DNA of 64,000 nt, taken from Rhizophagus irregularis. Lineage: Eukaryota. Position numbers and translations under genes: made by a program. The stretch covers positions 1,736,001 to 1,800,000 of the forward strand of contig NC_089436.1 of NCBI RefSeq assembly GCF_026210795.1. Direction: 5' to 3'. The notes under the pieces were generated by a model. That model saw nothing but the letters and a program-made list of their open reading frames with translations. It was not told the origin of the DNA and made no database searches. Of the stretch, positions 27,976-41,275 are shown one piece after another (within the stretch, counting starts at the first letter, position 1; each line of letters starts with the position of its first letter).

Positions 27976-29005
27976 TATTTCAAATAAATAAACACATGTA
28001 GGTATGAATTAATTAAAGCGATTAACATTATTGATCTTTTCCTAAATAACAATTATAATATTGATATGTTATTATGATCCATCCCATGGAGATAATGAGA
28101 ATCCAGTAACCGTTTTTTTGGCGACAATATACTGAAATGGTCAGTGAATGAAACTAAAAGGATACTAATATATGACTATATGACTATATAAGTTTTTACG
28201 GTAATATTTCCATTTTCATTTGATTGAAAATCCATTCTAAATATTTCTAAATGATTTTTTTTTTTTTAATTAAACTAATGAATCAGTTATACATATAATG
28301 CACATTGTTTCTTTGCATACTACAGATATACGCAATTATTAACTTGGCGCAGCATACAAAGTAAAAATTTCCGATGTGTCAAAGGAAAACCGGAAATTGG
28401 CCGATATAGTTAAGACTAATTTTTCGGTATCGGAGTATATAATATATAATGCACGTGATAATTTTCATATTGAATATAAAACAATTACAAAAAAAAGTTC
28501 GATTGTGATCATCCGATTACATTGATTACATTTTTCTACTTTTTTTTTTCTTTTTGAGGATGAATTTATAATAAATTTCATTATTATAAAATTTTCCCAC
28601 GCCAAAAACGATCCAAATTTAATAACTTGCCGTTAGAAATGATTGGCGTGACATTGTTTTAACAAATTACAACTTTCATACGAAAAAAAAACAATGCATG
28701 AGGCCATTCAATTTACAAATCATAAAGAACCGATATGAGAAATCATTTTCGAGAAAAAATTTTTTTTCCCGAAACATCATGCATGGTGCCCGAGGAAGTG
28801 CAGTAATAGCAGATTTAACAATTGAAGAAATATGCCTCATATATCCTAAATTTGGTTAGAAAGATCGGATTTATACTTTACATAAATCCGTGCCCATTTC
28901 ACTGTTTCTTATTCAAGTTCTCTCTCTCCCTTTTTTTTTTCTTATTTGAATATAAAAAAAATTAATTGAGATTATCCTTGGTTTTTTATTTGATTTTTAA
29001 GGATA

Positions 29006-30507
29006 ATGTCTCAGCTTTTTTCAGGACTCTCACAGGATTTTTCACGGTTACTCAAAGATGCAGATGATTATAATGTTATCATTGAAGTTGGAGAAGGTTC
29101 AAATATGAAGAAATTTCATGCACATTCAGTTATACTTCGTGCACGCTCTCCATATTTTCATAGCGCCTTATCTAGTGAATGGTCACGGAAAGAGAATGGA
29201 TGTATCGTTTTTAAACAACTTGGAGTGTTACCATCAATATTTAGAATTTTAATAAAGTAAATATCATCTTCCATTCAAAATTTTTTTTTTTTATTTAGTA
29301 GAGTTGAAAGAAACTTAAGTCTAAATTTTTAACCTCCTTTTCTTTTAGGTATATATACAGTGGAACGATAATATTAGATGAGCACCAAGGAAATGATCTT
29401 TTTGAAATATTAGCAGCAGCTGACCAATTTCTTCTTTATGAATTATTAGAATATTTGCAAGATTATATTATTCAAAATAGAACTGATTGGATAAAAAGAA
29501 ATCTTGTAAAAATTTTACATTCTGCTGTGAAGCAAAAATCATATCAAAAACTTCAAAACTTTTGTAACAAATTAATTACAGAAAATGCTCGAATATTATT
29601 TGAAGCAAAAGATTTTAATTCTGTGAGTGAAAATGTTCTTGTTTCTGTACTTCAGCGAGATGATCTTGGTTTACAAGAAGTTGAAATATGGAATAAAGTT
29701 ATTCAATGGGGTATTGCCAACACTTCAAACCTTAAAGGTAATGTTACTAGCTGGAATAAAGAAGATTTTATGTTTTTGGAAAGGACTATGCATAGAGTAA
29801 TTCCGCTTTTGAGACTTTTTCAGATGAGCCCTGCTGATTATTGTCATAAGGTTAGACCATACAAGCAATTATTTCCAAAAAACTTACAAGAAGATCTTTT
29901 GTGTTACTACCTTGCCAATGATCAACCAAAGTCCGCTAATATTCTTCCTCCAAGAGTGTCACCTATCAAAATTGATTCAACTATTATTGGACCACAACAT
30001 ACAGCACTTATTGCAAGATGGTTAGATAATGAACCTACTATTAGACATGGAATTCAATATAATTTTACACTTCTCTTTCGAGCAAGTCGTGATGGTTATT
30101 CTATTAACGCGTTGAAACAACAATGTGCTTGCAAAGGACCAACAATTTTAGTTTTGAAACTCCGTGACTCTGGACAATTAATAGGAGGATATAATCCGAT
30201 TGGATGGAAAAGTGTAAAATTTGGTCGAGGACGAGGTACAAAAGAAAGTTTTATTTTTACACTTGGGGATGGGACTTCACCTTATGATGCACGAATCTCT
30301 CGGATAGCTTATGATAATTGTGATACGGAAATTGACGATTTAATATGGATCGGCCCAAAGTTTGGCAAAGGTCCGGATCTATGGGTCCGGATGAATGCAG
30401 ATCAAAGTGGAGAAGCACGAAAGGGTACTTATGAAAGCAGTATTTTGGAGACTGAGGGAAGATTTAGATGGATAGAGTGTGAAATATTTTCTTTAATGAA
30501 GAAATAA
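29006..30507 (+). CDS. BTB/POZ-BACK-TLDc domain protein (intron 29257-29348)
   Basis: DYNVIIEVGE...FHAHSVILRARSPYF (BTB), LQRDDL...EVEIWNKVIQWG (BACK), LLFRASRDG...GPTI...IGGYNP...ESFIF...GPKFG (TLDc). Confidence 0.95.
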
Positions 30508-31070
30508 TCTTTATAAAATACGTAAAAAATTTTTTTTTTGTATTTGTTGAGTGTTAGTGATACAAAATCATAGATTATAAATATACATATAGATCATCAA
30601 ATGTAATGACCTTTTATGAATAGATTTTTTTTTAATATATATATAATTATATATGTGCCGTAAAAAAAAAAATTTTTTTCTTTATGTTGCTTATTTTTAA
30701 TTTCTCATACTTACTAAAACAACTAAGCACATTTTGAAACGGTCACATTCTTTGAAATGCATAAATGCACATTATCACGCTCGAAAATAGCCTAAATTCT
30801 CAAATTGTTAATATTCCGTTTTTAATAAAATGCAAAATCGGCCAAGATTTCTCAAAGTGACAATAAAAAGGTTGGTTATCAAGCTCGTCCTTCCAAATTC
30901 AGCGAATTTCGCGTGTTAATGCATCATTATTTTATTACAAAATTTTTTTCTTGAAGACATTCTTATGAAATCAATATTCTGTATTTCTCTTTTTTTTTCT
31001 TTCTTTTTTTTTAAGAAAAAAAAATATATACAGTATTATTTTCATTTAGCCGATAACAAAAATTTTGCTG

Positions 31071-31275
31071 AACCTTTTTACTATACCAGAACCGAATAAG
31101 ACGCATTTGACCTTCATAAACCTTAAATTAATAATTATGCTATCGTATGTAGTCTTGCACACGATTTAAGGAGGTATTGCCATCAAACCTTTTTATTAAC
31201 TATACCCGGACCGGATAAGGCGCATTTGATCTTCATAAACTTTAAATTAGTAATTATGCTATAATTTGTAGGTCT
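31071..31275 (+). repeat. Two diverged ~85-bp direct repeats (period ~115-120 bp)
   Basis: CTATACC..ACCG.ATAAG.CGCATTTGA.CTTCATAAAC.TTAAATTA.TAATTATGCTAT occurs twice. Confidence 0.8.
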
Positions 31276-31604
31276 AAATTATCAAAAGACTATTATTTCT
31301 CACGTATGGACTTCCATCGAATACTCATGAATATTAAATTACGTAGAATTATGACGTATCCCCAAGATTTTACGTAACTTCAAATAAAGCCATAAATGAG
31401 ATGATTTTCATATATTTGTATCATGAAAATCTTTCTATCTTTTTTTTTTGAAAAACATTTTACCTTTTCGTACCCGGTCGCAAATTTTCGGACAAAGAAT
31501 TTTCTGCGGTAAAACCTCAAAAAAATCCTAAGGCTTTAATAATTTTTTTTTTTTAACTTTTTTTCTAATATGTTTAATACTAAATATTGTAGATAATAAC
31601 AACC

Positions 31605-32745
31605 ATGTATCGAACAAAAGGCTATAATAATAATAATTATGGAGATCAACAGCTTTGGATAAAAGTTGATCTCAAGGAAATTCGGTTTTATCCAAGTAGA
31701 GATATCATTCGAAAATTCCAGTGTAGACAAATAGAATTATTATTTAAATATACAAATAATTGTATAGCAATTAATTTTATCGAGGGTCGGGAAGTTCATG
31801 AGATAAGGATTCCTCTCGAACAAATTACTAAATTTAGAGTTATTCAAAATAAACATATAGAATTTGAGTTTTGCAAGGATTTCAGAAGGGCTGTAAGTTA
31901 TTTCAAATATTATCATTGCAGTCGTCTTTATTTAAATTCTTTATAAAGATGATTAATTTATTGGGTAATTTTTTTTTAAGTATTTTGTTCATCTTAAAAA
32001 TAATCAAAATTCAAATACAGTTCATAAGACTCAAAAAGATCCAACGAGCGGTTGTATTAAAGATGCTACAAAGTTATCGTTTACACCTTGTGATAAAGTT
32101 CATCCTATGACGATTTTTATGTTTGAAATTGGAATCAAAAAGTGGGCGCCTCGTTTAATTGTAAGTATAACCATTTTTTTTTTAATTTTTGTAATAATTT
32201 TATTTTTAAATTTTATTTGGTACATGAAAAATTTTTTTTTTTAGGAAAGTGAGGATGACAAAGATGAAATACAAATTCATGAGGTGAATGATAATTAATT
32301 ATACTCAATTATCATATATAATATATGTATCTATTGATTCTAATATTAACAAATTCATAAAGGATCTGATAATCGAAGACAACCCTTCACTAAACCCTTC
32401 TCTACATAGTATTACATCTGAGGTAAAGATTCTTTATATATAAAATAACTGGTTTGCAAGAATATTATTATACATTTTTTTTTATAAAATCCTTTTCATT
32501 TTTAGTACCTTATGACATGCAACTTCATGGATTTCACAAGCGACATTCGCTTGCCTGCTGAAATTACATTTTCGGATTTATTGAAAGAAATAAATAGAAA
32601 ATTAGAATGTGATGTAAATACTTTTAAATATAAAATTAATGATGAAGAAATGATTATGGTTGAAAATGAGGGAGATTGGAATATTGCTAAAATGAATCTT
32701 AGGGAACAAAAGATTTCATGTTTCGATATCTATATAGTGGAGTAA
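31605..32745 (+). CDS. Multi-exon protein with C-terminal PB1-like domain
   Basis: Last exon ...DIRLPAEITFSDLLKEINRKL...FKYKINDEEMIMVENEGDWNIA fits a PB1 (OPCA-like) pattern. Upstream exons are flanked by GT/AG. Confidence 0.75.
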
Positions 32746-34034
32746 GCTGCAAATATAACTGAGGTTTGTGTATAATTTAACCAAAAATTTTGTATATATA
32801 TATATATATTATTTAAACATATTTATAATATATCTACAGTATATTCTTTTAAAGTGCATCATTCTTTCTAATACTTCTTTTGATTAAACCTAAATAATTG
32901 ATATTAACGAGATATTAAATGATATAAAAATTATTAAATTATTAAAGTTTATTTCACTTATTTTATAGAATAACAATTGAAAAAGAACAGGCTGTCGTAT
33001 TACTTGCGTAGATTGCTTGACATGAAACTTTATTAAAAAAAAAACTTGTGGTGTTTAAAAAGAATCAAAGCAAGAAATTTGAAGTTCAGCATTAAAATTA
33101 ATGTAGTCCGTGTGACAGATGTGACAGATAATGTGTACATGTGATACTCATGTGATCGTGAATGAATATGAGGCGGAGTTTTTTTTTCACCCTTTCTTTT
33201 CTTATCTTTTATATATTCCCTTCCGCTTTCGCCTACGGGAGGCATTGCACTTATTTAGCGGATTTGTCTATGTTAGATTTCTATGTAAGAGTTGTCACTG
33301 TTGTAACTGTATTTACCTTAATGTATTCCCCCATTTATCTACTGTATATAAATAAAAAATAAATAAATAAAAAAGAACGCTCCCTCTTACCCGCTCCATT
33401 TCCGAATTCTAAGCCAGAATCTACAAAAAAGGAACGTTCTTATATAAAATCAACTATTCACAAAACCTTTCCCAACTAGAAACTCGACAAGATTCTTCAC
33501 TACTTGTATAATAGTCATCATATAATGGGCACTAATAGTTAATATTAATGCTGTTGATGCCGTTACAAGTCACGCGTTTTTGTTTGTTAAAGTGCCGCTT
33601 GACGAAATGTGGCCTTGCTCTTGACAGATTTTCAACACAAAAGAGTGTCTAGTTGCAATGTGAAATTGTTGTGTCTCAACATATATAAAGTAGCTGAAAA
33701 AAGGATTCCGGGCGGGAGCTACCAAATATAATGTAAAAAATAGTATTCATAATTAGCAATTACTATTTTATTATTACCTTAAATTGATATTGGGAAAATA
33801 GAATCTATAGATACAATTTATTTAATAGATAAGATTATTTCTTGAAGTTTTCCAATATCTATTGTCTACATACACGAGGAAAAAATCCCCTTTGCAGCTC
33901 TGGAATATGAGGTTCTTCAATTAGTGACTTCAAAAAGATGGCTAAGCGCGTTTATGAATTGTTTCAAGCCCGACTGCCCGAGGATTAGCAAATCTATATG
34001 TAGTTGACCAGCTCAGATGGAAGAAAATGAATTT

Positions 34035-34371
34035 ATTTTATTTATTTATTTTATTTCTAAAAGAGTAGTAGAACTAAGACTATTACAAATAAAAGTAGTT
34101 GGCATTTTCACGCGAAATAACTAATATGCGTGTATAGAACCCAGAACTTCATCCCCTACGGGACCTCTTCGGTAGAGATTTAGGGTGACCCAACTAGGGC
34201 CACCCTAAACCCATCCCGGACCACCTACATCAGTGGGTATTTTTTGGTATTTGGGGCCAACTGCAGCGTGTCGAGGGGAGGATGCACTTGCAGAGCTCCC
34301 ACATGACCGCCTTAGCTATACATTGAGGCATGCCCACACTTTGGTGTAAGGATGAATTGGTTGACCACCTG
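34035..34371 (-). mobile_element. SINE-like retroposed element, 337 bp
   Basis: Perfect 16-bp TSD GGAAGAAAATGAATTT (34019-34034 / 34372-34387), (TAAA)n tail on the minus strand, GC-rich hairpin-forming body. Confidence 0.85.
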
Positions 34372-35145
34372 GGAAGAAAATGAATTTTATAATTTATGGA
34401 AGCTTACTACCGATGGCATGACAATCACATGAACAAGAGACAGCAATATAATGCTATTCTATTAAATTAATATTTTCTTTATTAAATTTTACTTTTTTTT
34501 TTATTATTATTACTATAAATTATTTAATAATATAGGGAGTAAGTTATTTATTTATTTCTATTATTACTTATTATATAATATTTGTATTCTTATCTTTAGA
34601 AATGGAATTTGTAAAAAAAATTTATATTTTTGGTGTTCAATTACAGTAATATGTATTAATTTATTTTTTTATTCTATATTATTAATAGTCTAATTAAGAT
34701 GTTTTCATTAATAAAAATATTATAATTCATATTGCAATATTTAATGCTATAGCATTTACTTTACATATATTTTTCATTTTGCAATATTTGTGGTATAAAA
34801 AAAATAATACCAAGTAAACTTTTTCTGATTATTTTCAGGGGTGCTGAACAATTTTAATTAGAGTGACTTCTTCATTTAAACTATAGTTTTCATGAAAATA
34901 TATACTATGGTATTAAGCACCAGTAGTATGATTTAGTAAAATCAATTATTTAGAAAAAAAGTTTCAAAACTTCACTTTAAAACTTACCAATTTAAACCTA
35001 AAAATCAATATCAATACATAAAATTGAAATTCATTAAAAAAAGATACAAAAAAAAAATTTGAAGATTTTTACTTTTGAAGATAAGTCTGAAGCTATATAT
35101 ATTGCCATTTAGGACATAAAAAAAAAATAAACTGAACATTAGTTA

Positions 35146-35582
35146 GGCGATATAAAGTTAAAAAATTGGTTCTCATATCAAAATTTGCTTCAATTTAACC
35201 CGGCCGCACGGCCTTTTATTTTTTTTAGAATAAAATTTTTTTCATCCGATCATGTAATACAGAAGATTTCATATGTAACATTTATATTAATATAACAATT
35301 CAATAAAAAGTCAGACAGATTTTATATATCAAGTTAATTACAAGTTTATTTCTCATGTTTTATTGTAGTTTTTTAAAAATTTTTTTTTTTTATTGTTCGT
35401 TAAATGTTAGGCATTTACATAGCAGATAGTATTACGATATATCAGATATGCGTACAAATTTAATTTATCATGCGACATAGTTTAGAGCAATTTAATTGGT
35501 TAACAAAAAAAAAAAAATTTAAGATTCCCGCTCACAATCGTCGGCCGGGATATGAGAACCAATTTTTTAACTTTATGTCGCC
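35146..35582. mobile_element. PIF/Harbinger-type (Tourist-like) MITE
   Basis: 34-bp TIR GGCGA(T/C)ATAAAGTTAAAAAATTGGTTCTCATATC with TTA TSD. Confidence 0.88.
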
Positions 35583-36899
35583 TTATGTTCATTAAAATTA
35601 AAATATAAAAAAAAATATTTCAATTTTTATCTTCAAAATAAAAGTCCAGAGCCATACTTTAGCATCTAGAACTTAAAAATATGAAAAATAAATATTAGTG
35701 ATGTTTATTAAATAATAATATAAAAAAATATAAAAAAAGAATTTTAAAGATAAAGATTTTACCTTTAAAATAAGAGTCTGAAGCCATTTTTTAACATTTA
35801 AAACCTAAAAAAAATTAAAAAAAATGAATATTAATACTGTTTGTTAATGATGTAAACAATATGTGTTTCTTTCTTAATTCTTAATTGCAATAATTGCAAT
35901 ATACAACTCCTTTTTTCTTTGCATTATTCTATTTTGCCGATTCTTGCCATTTGTATTATGAAGTAAATAATATGTGTCTCTTTTATTTATTTTTATACAA
36001 TTCTTATCCCTTTACAATGACATTTTTTTTATATTACATCTCTTTTGCAATGATATCTTTTATACTACATTATGTCTTTTTTATACTTCCTTTATTTTTT
36101 CATTATTTTCTTTAAGTCTTCCAGTTCTCAACCTTAATATAAGTGATTCTAGTACTATAAACTTATATAAAGGTAAAGTATTTTCAAGTTGGGAGTTATG
36201 TGATTCATTTATAAATAAGTGGAATAAAAATAAAGGTTTTTGTATAATAAAAAATAAAGTAACTAAAGAGAAAGATTATATCAGAAGAAGGACCTACATT
36301 TGTAAATATAGGAATAAGTACACTTCAAATTCTAATAAAGACACCAATACCAAAAAGATATCATATTCATAGTGTTTAAATGCTTCTTATTCTAAAGAAA
36401 ATAATTCAAATTTCTCAGTTTTTATTAACAAAATTGTGGATGAACATAATCATGAGTTGAATATAAAAGCTATTGCATTTAGAAAAGGTAAAAGATTTAG
36501 TGATGAAATGTTAAAGGATATACAATTCTTGACAAATCACTGTAAAATAAAAGCTACTATACAAAGAAGATATTTAGAAGCTAAATATTCTACTTATTCA
36601 CTATATAGCAGAGACTTATATGTAGCAATTCAAAAGTTTCATCTTACAATAAAATCACTTTCAAATGATACAACCAAGATGTCAAATTGACTTAATCAAC
36701 AAAAAGAGATAGATTCAAAATAAGTAGTGGGATAAGATGATGATAACACATTAACATATTTAGTATAGATAATACCAGCTCAAGTAGAAAGCTGGATTCT
36801 TTATAGTAATTGCATTATTAATGATGTTACTTATAAAATAAATAGATATGAAATGGCATTATCATTTTTTGTAGATAATATGAAAAACATTATTTTCGC

Positions 36900-38252
36900 A
36901 GGACCCCAGACATCACATATATAACTTATAACTGATCTGCATAAATTTAGCACTTTTTGCTTCTGCTAAAATAGACCTAATTTGCTAAAAATCAAATTAT
37001 CACATTTTAAATCTATACTAATTTACTAAAACTCAAAATATGAGTTATAGTAAAATTTAAATAATATAGGTTTAAATATGCTTAATAAAATATAATTTCA
37101 GTTTATTAAAATTATTTGTAAATTGGTAAATTTAATTGTCAATTTACCAAAATTAACAATCTTTTTTTTTTATTATCAATAAAAAAATAAATAATTAATA
37201 ACAACTGACTTTTTGCCAAAAAAGACCTTTTTTTTATTCTCAGTTTTTTACAATTATTTTAGCATCCAGTGATCTGATTCATGCAGTTTTTTTTATTTTG
37301 TAGAGCTCGATGAGGGCTACAAAACAAAAAAAAGTTCATATAAATTGGACTGCTAGATGCCGAGATAATCGCAAAAAATGTGATTTTTTTTTTGAAATTT
37401 AGGCCAATTTGCTAAAAAGTTACTCTCTGAGTTGTATATGTAATGTCTGGGGTCCTATATAAATTAAACTGTCAATTTTTATAATTTATAATTAAAAATA
37501 TGTAGATTATAGATAAAATAATAATTAATAAAAATAATAAATTAAATATAAATAATTATTAAAAAATAAAATGTTGCGAAACTAATTGGACAGTTTTTGG
37601 CCTGCATTATGCTTAATTTTGGCCGGAATTATACTTAATTTTGGCCAAAATATAACCCGGACCCCGAAACTAATATTTTTAAAAATATTATCTATAAAAG
37701 TTAAAAAAAAGGATAAGTCAAATTTAAAAAAAAGTACCAATTTGCTCAAATATAAAATATGACTTTGTAAAATCAACACAATTTGCTAAAATTCATAATT
37801 ATGACTATTAATTAATTTTCAATCAATTTGCTCTATCTAAAATTATGAGTTTAACCTAGAGCTCGGACTCGAGTTAGGATGAGTCAACTCGAGTAAAACG
37901 AGTCAAGAATTTTTTTGACTCGAAGAGTACTCGAGTCCAGGACTCGAGTCAGGACTTGAGTTAACTCAAGTTAATTTGAGCCAAAGTTAAAGTGCAGGCC
38001 AAAAAACTTATCCATAATTTTACCCAGACTGTTATAGTTATAGTGCTGGCAGGAATTACAAATAGGGTTCAGCTAGCACTATCAACCACGTGATCCTGGT
38101 TGACTCGAGTCAAGAAATTTCCAACTCAAGTGCAAGTTCAACTCGAGTCAACTCAAGTTACATGAGTGCGAGTCTAAGCTTTAGTTTAACCTAATTTTGA
38201 TTGAATTTGCTAAAACTCAAATGTGAGTTATATATGTGATATCTGGAGTCCT
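36900..38252. mobile_element. Composite TIR element with AGG termini and 8-bp TSD
   Basis: TIR AGGACCCCAGACATCACATATATAACT; right copies end at 37456 (internal) and 38252. TSD ATTTTCGC / ATTTTTGC. Confidence 0.8.
37857..38183. mobile_element. hAT-type MITE with ACTCGAGT repeats
   Basis: Perfect 8-bp TSD GTTTAACC (37849-37856 / 38184-38191). TIR TAGAGCTCGGACTCG / TAAAGCTTAGACTCG. Confidence 0.88.
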
Positions 38253-38933
38253 ATTTTTGCGTAGGATTTACTTATAAATGAAAGTAAGGAATTCTATTTT
38301 TGGTTATTCAGTTAGATCCTTGAGGTTACAGGTATCTAACCAACTGTAATATTGACAGATTCAGATCCAACAGTTAATACTACAGTAAAAGAAATATTCA
38401 CTAATACTTATCCACTTATCCAATTCATTATGCATTTCATATTACCCAAAATCTTCATAAGAACCTCTGAAAACCTCTTGAAGACCAATATGAAAAGTTT
38501 ATCTAAGACTTTTATTATCATAGAAATAGTTTTGTTCATATAACATTTTCAAATCATTTTGCAAAGTTGATTGAAGAATACCCACAAAGTAAAAAATATC
38601 TAGAAGGTTTATATAAATCAAGAGACTATTGAGCATATTCGTATACAAGTTTCAAGTTTACTGGGGGTATGATTGCTTATTTACAGGTTGAATTTATCAA
38701 TTCCTATATCAAAAGAATGCTGTTTAACTCAGATGTTTCTTTTTATAGACTTATAAATGAAATTTATAAGTTGTTTAATGAGCAGGATAAAAAAACAGAT
38801 GCCAATATTAGAAACTTGCAATTTCATCGGTAAAAAATCAAGAACAGGTGAATTTTTTATTTAAAAGGGTAGATAAAAGCTGTCAAAGATTTCTTAAGTT
38901 ATTCCAAAATTACAAAGAGATGAAATTAACCAA

Positions 38934-39864
38934 CATATGGGCTGATTTGTCTACCTTTAATTAAAATATTAATTTTATTACATTTTTATTATACAAAATA
39001 CTATATAATATACAGTAAATTGGAAATGAGTATTAAAAAATTTTTATTTAATGTTATTATACTATAATTTGGTAAATATTTCTTTTAAATTAATATAATT
39101 CTTAGCACTTACTATATATGTTAAAAATTTGTATCTCAACTTAAAACGTAAATATCTTCAGATCCAGTGATCCAATTGGCAAGCTCTTTTTTCGTTCATA
39201 TAGACCAGATCAAAGGCTTTTCAAAGAGTCTAAATTTATAAAAAATGGATCAGTGGATCCCAAGATATTTGCATTTAAGCATGTTAAAAAGTTCATACCT
39301 CAACTTTAAACGTAAATATCTCCGGATCTAATGATTCAATCGGCATGCTCTTTTTTCGCCTATAAAGCTCAGAACAAGGGCTTTCCAACGAGCCTAAAAT
39401 TATAGAAAACGGATCAGTGAATCTTGATATATTTGCGTTTAAAGATGGTAATACAAACTCTGATATAAAATAATTATTTTTATTGTTTGAAAATATTTAT
39501 TATGATACCATCTTTTATATGATATTTTTATTATACTTTTATAAACATTTATAGCTACTAAGGCTATATAAATTTTTATTTTACTTTATATTTATTAAAA
39601 TATACTTACTTTTTAATAATATATGTTAAAAATTCCATATATATGAGAAATGGGTTTTTTATTAGTGAAATGGGTTTTTTCACAGCTCTTTTACATTTAA
39701 TAATTTAAGTTTCGCAAATGTAAATTTTTGTTCAACTTATTATTTAGTCAAGTGATCATCAATCAGATGATTTTTTGGTATTACAAAACAATTTTGAGTA
39801 ACAAAAATTGTGAAAATCAATCAATAACTCTTTTTAATGTAGAGTAGACAAATCAGCCCATATG
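38934..39864. mobile_element. TIR element with probable 5-bp TSD (Transib-like)
   Basis: Perfect 21-bp TIR CATATGGGCTGATTTGTCTAC; flanks ACCAA / ATCAG. Two tandem palindromic cassettes at about 39135-39450. Confidence 0.8.
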
Positions 39865-40797
39865 ATCAGTCTATTATGTTGCAAATTTAGTTGAACAATG
39901 GGAGTCAACAATTGATGAATCTTATGAAGAAGATGGAGAATATGATGATAATCTTTAAGCTACTATAGACTAGTTGATAAAAGTTGGTGGTTGGAATAAT
40001 ATCAAAGAAACATGGAAGATAAAGGTTAGTAATTCATTAAAATCCAAACATTATATCATTCTTTTAAAAAATAAAGCACACTTATATTTATATTTTATAA
40101 TTATCTGAAAAGAAATAGTTTGTAGACATTATTTTTAAGTTATGTTGAATACTTAAGAAGCCAAATTTTATATTAGGCTTATTTCATCTAGATAGTATCA
40201 AGAAAATAAAGATGCATCAAATAAACCATTTATTGTTACTGATAAGTTCAATAACCCATCTGCAACTATAAAAAGTGATATTATTAACAATTATTTATAT
40301 GCCATTGATAAAGAAAAGTAAAACTTTCTTGAACAGCAAATGAACATTCTTGACAAAAAAATAATATATGGTAATCTTCATGAAACATACAAGAAAGCAT
40401 TACAAAAAGCTTTACAAAAGAAATTCTGATCATTACAACTAATTGAAATTCTTGAAAATTTTACTATTAATGAAAATAATAGTAAAGATGAAGTTGAATC
40501 AAATAATGAATCTGAAAAAGAATTAGATGATATAGGTGATAAAAGTAATGAAGAGGTGTTTCAATTACAAAATCCAAAAATTAGGCGAGATAAAGGAAGG
40601 CCAGCTAGTACAAGAAAGTATAAAGCATCACATGAAAAAGAAGGGAATAGTAAAACAAAGTAACAATAGCGTTGTAAAAAATGTGAGCAATTGGAACATT
40701 ATTAAAAGAATTGCAATGCATAGGTTAAATTTAATAATTAGTTTAGATAATTGATATGTACATTGATTGATTATTTTAGTAAATAAAGTAGTAAGTA

Positions 40798-40994
40798 CAG
40801 TTGACCCCCTATATAATCACCCCTTATATAATCACATCATATAAAATTTCCCTTTATAAGCACACCATATTTTGGCCCAATGTACTAATAAATATATTAG
40901 AAAAACCTCTTCTATAGTCACAACATATGACTTTTTTTATAATCACATCCTTTTTTTCAGTTCTGAGAGGTGTGACTATAAAGGAGGTTGATTG
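40798..40994. mobile_element. Tc1/mariner (pogo-like) MITE
   Basis: TIR CAGTTGACCCCCTATATAATCAC / CAATCAACCTCCTTTATAGTCAC, TA TSD. Related to the ends of 53418-55668. Confidence 0.8.
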
Positions 40995-41195
40995 TATTGA
41001 TTTTGGTTTTACTGCTTTTACGGTTTATTTTTTCACGATTTTGTAATTTTAATTGTAGATGACACCAGAATTTTGAATAGTAAAAGCATCAAAAAGTTAA
41101 TGGTATACGTGTTTTAAACATATTTTTATTTCATATTTATAATCATCAATGTCACCAAAAATCCGAATCACTATATCATTAAAAAAAAAAGTTTT

Positions 41196-41275
41196 TCCAG
41201 TGCAGGAATCAAACTGGCATTTCAGAGTAAAAAAAACTACAATTATTCAGTGTTTTACCAATTGAACTAATTGGA
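41196..41275 (-). pseudogene. Decayed tRNA-like sequence
   Basis: TCCAAT-TAGTTCAATTGGTAAAAC (A box/D arm) ... GCCAGTTTGATTCCTGCACTGGA (mutated B box/T arm), followed by a T run. Anticodon arm disrupted. Confidence 0.5.

Larger units (their letters stand above)
35860..40730 (+). pseudogene. Decayed MULE (FAR1-DDE-SWIM-zinc knuckle) transposase
   Basis: GKVFSSWELCDSF...IRRRTYIC...VDEHNHEL (FAR1), INDVTYKINRYEMAL and ILTDSDP (DDE), IVCRHYF (SWIM), RCKKCEQLEHY*KNC. Many stops; split by nested inserts. Confidence 0.88.

Noticed and set aside
34195..34215. Telomerase RNA template (CCCTAAACCC)
   Set aside because: It is one arm of a hairpin in a TSD-flanked retroposon; no other supporting features.
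33525..34460. Intact gene around the 337-bp insert
   Set aside because: Coding-like composition but multiple stops and no recognisable domain; at most a pseudogene.
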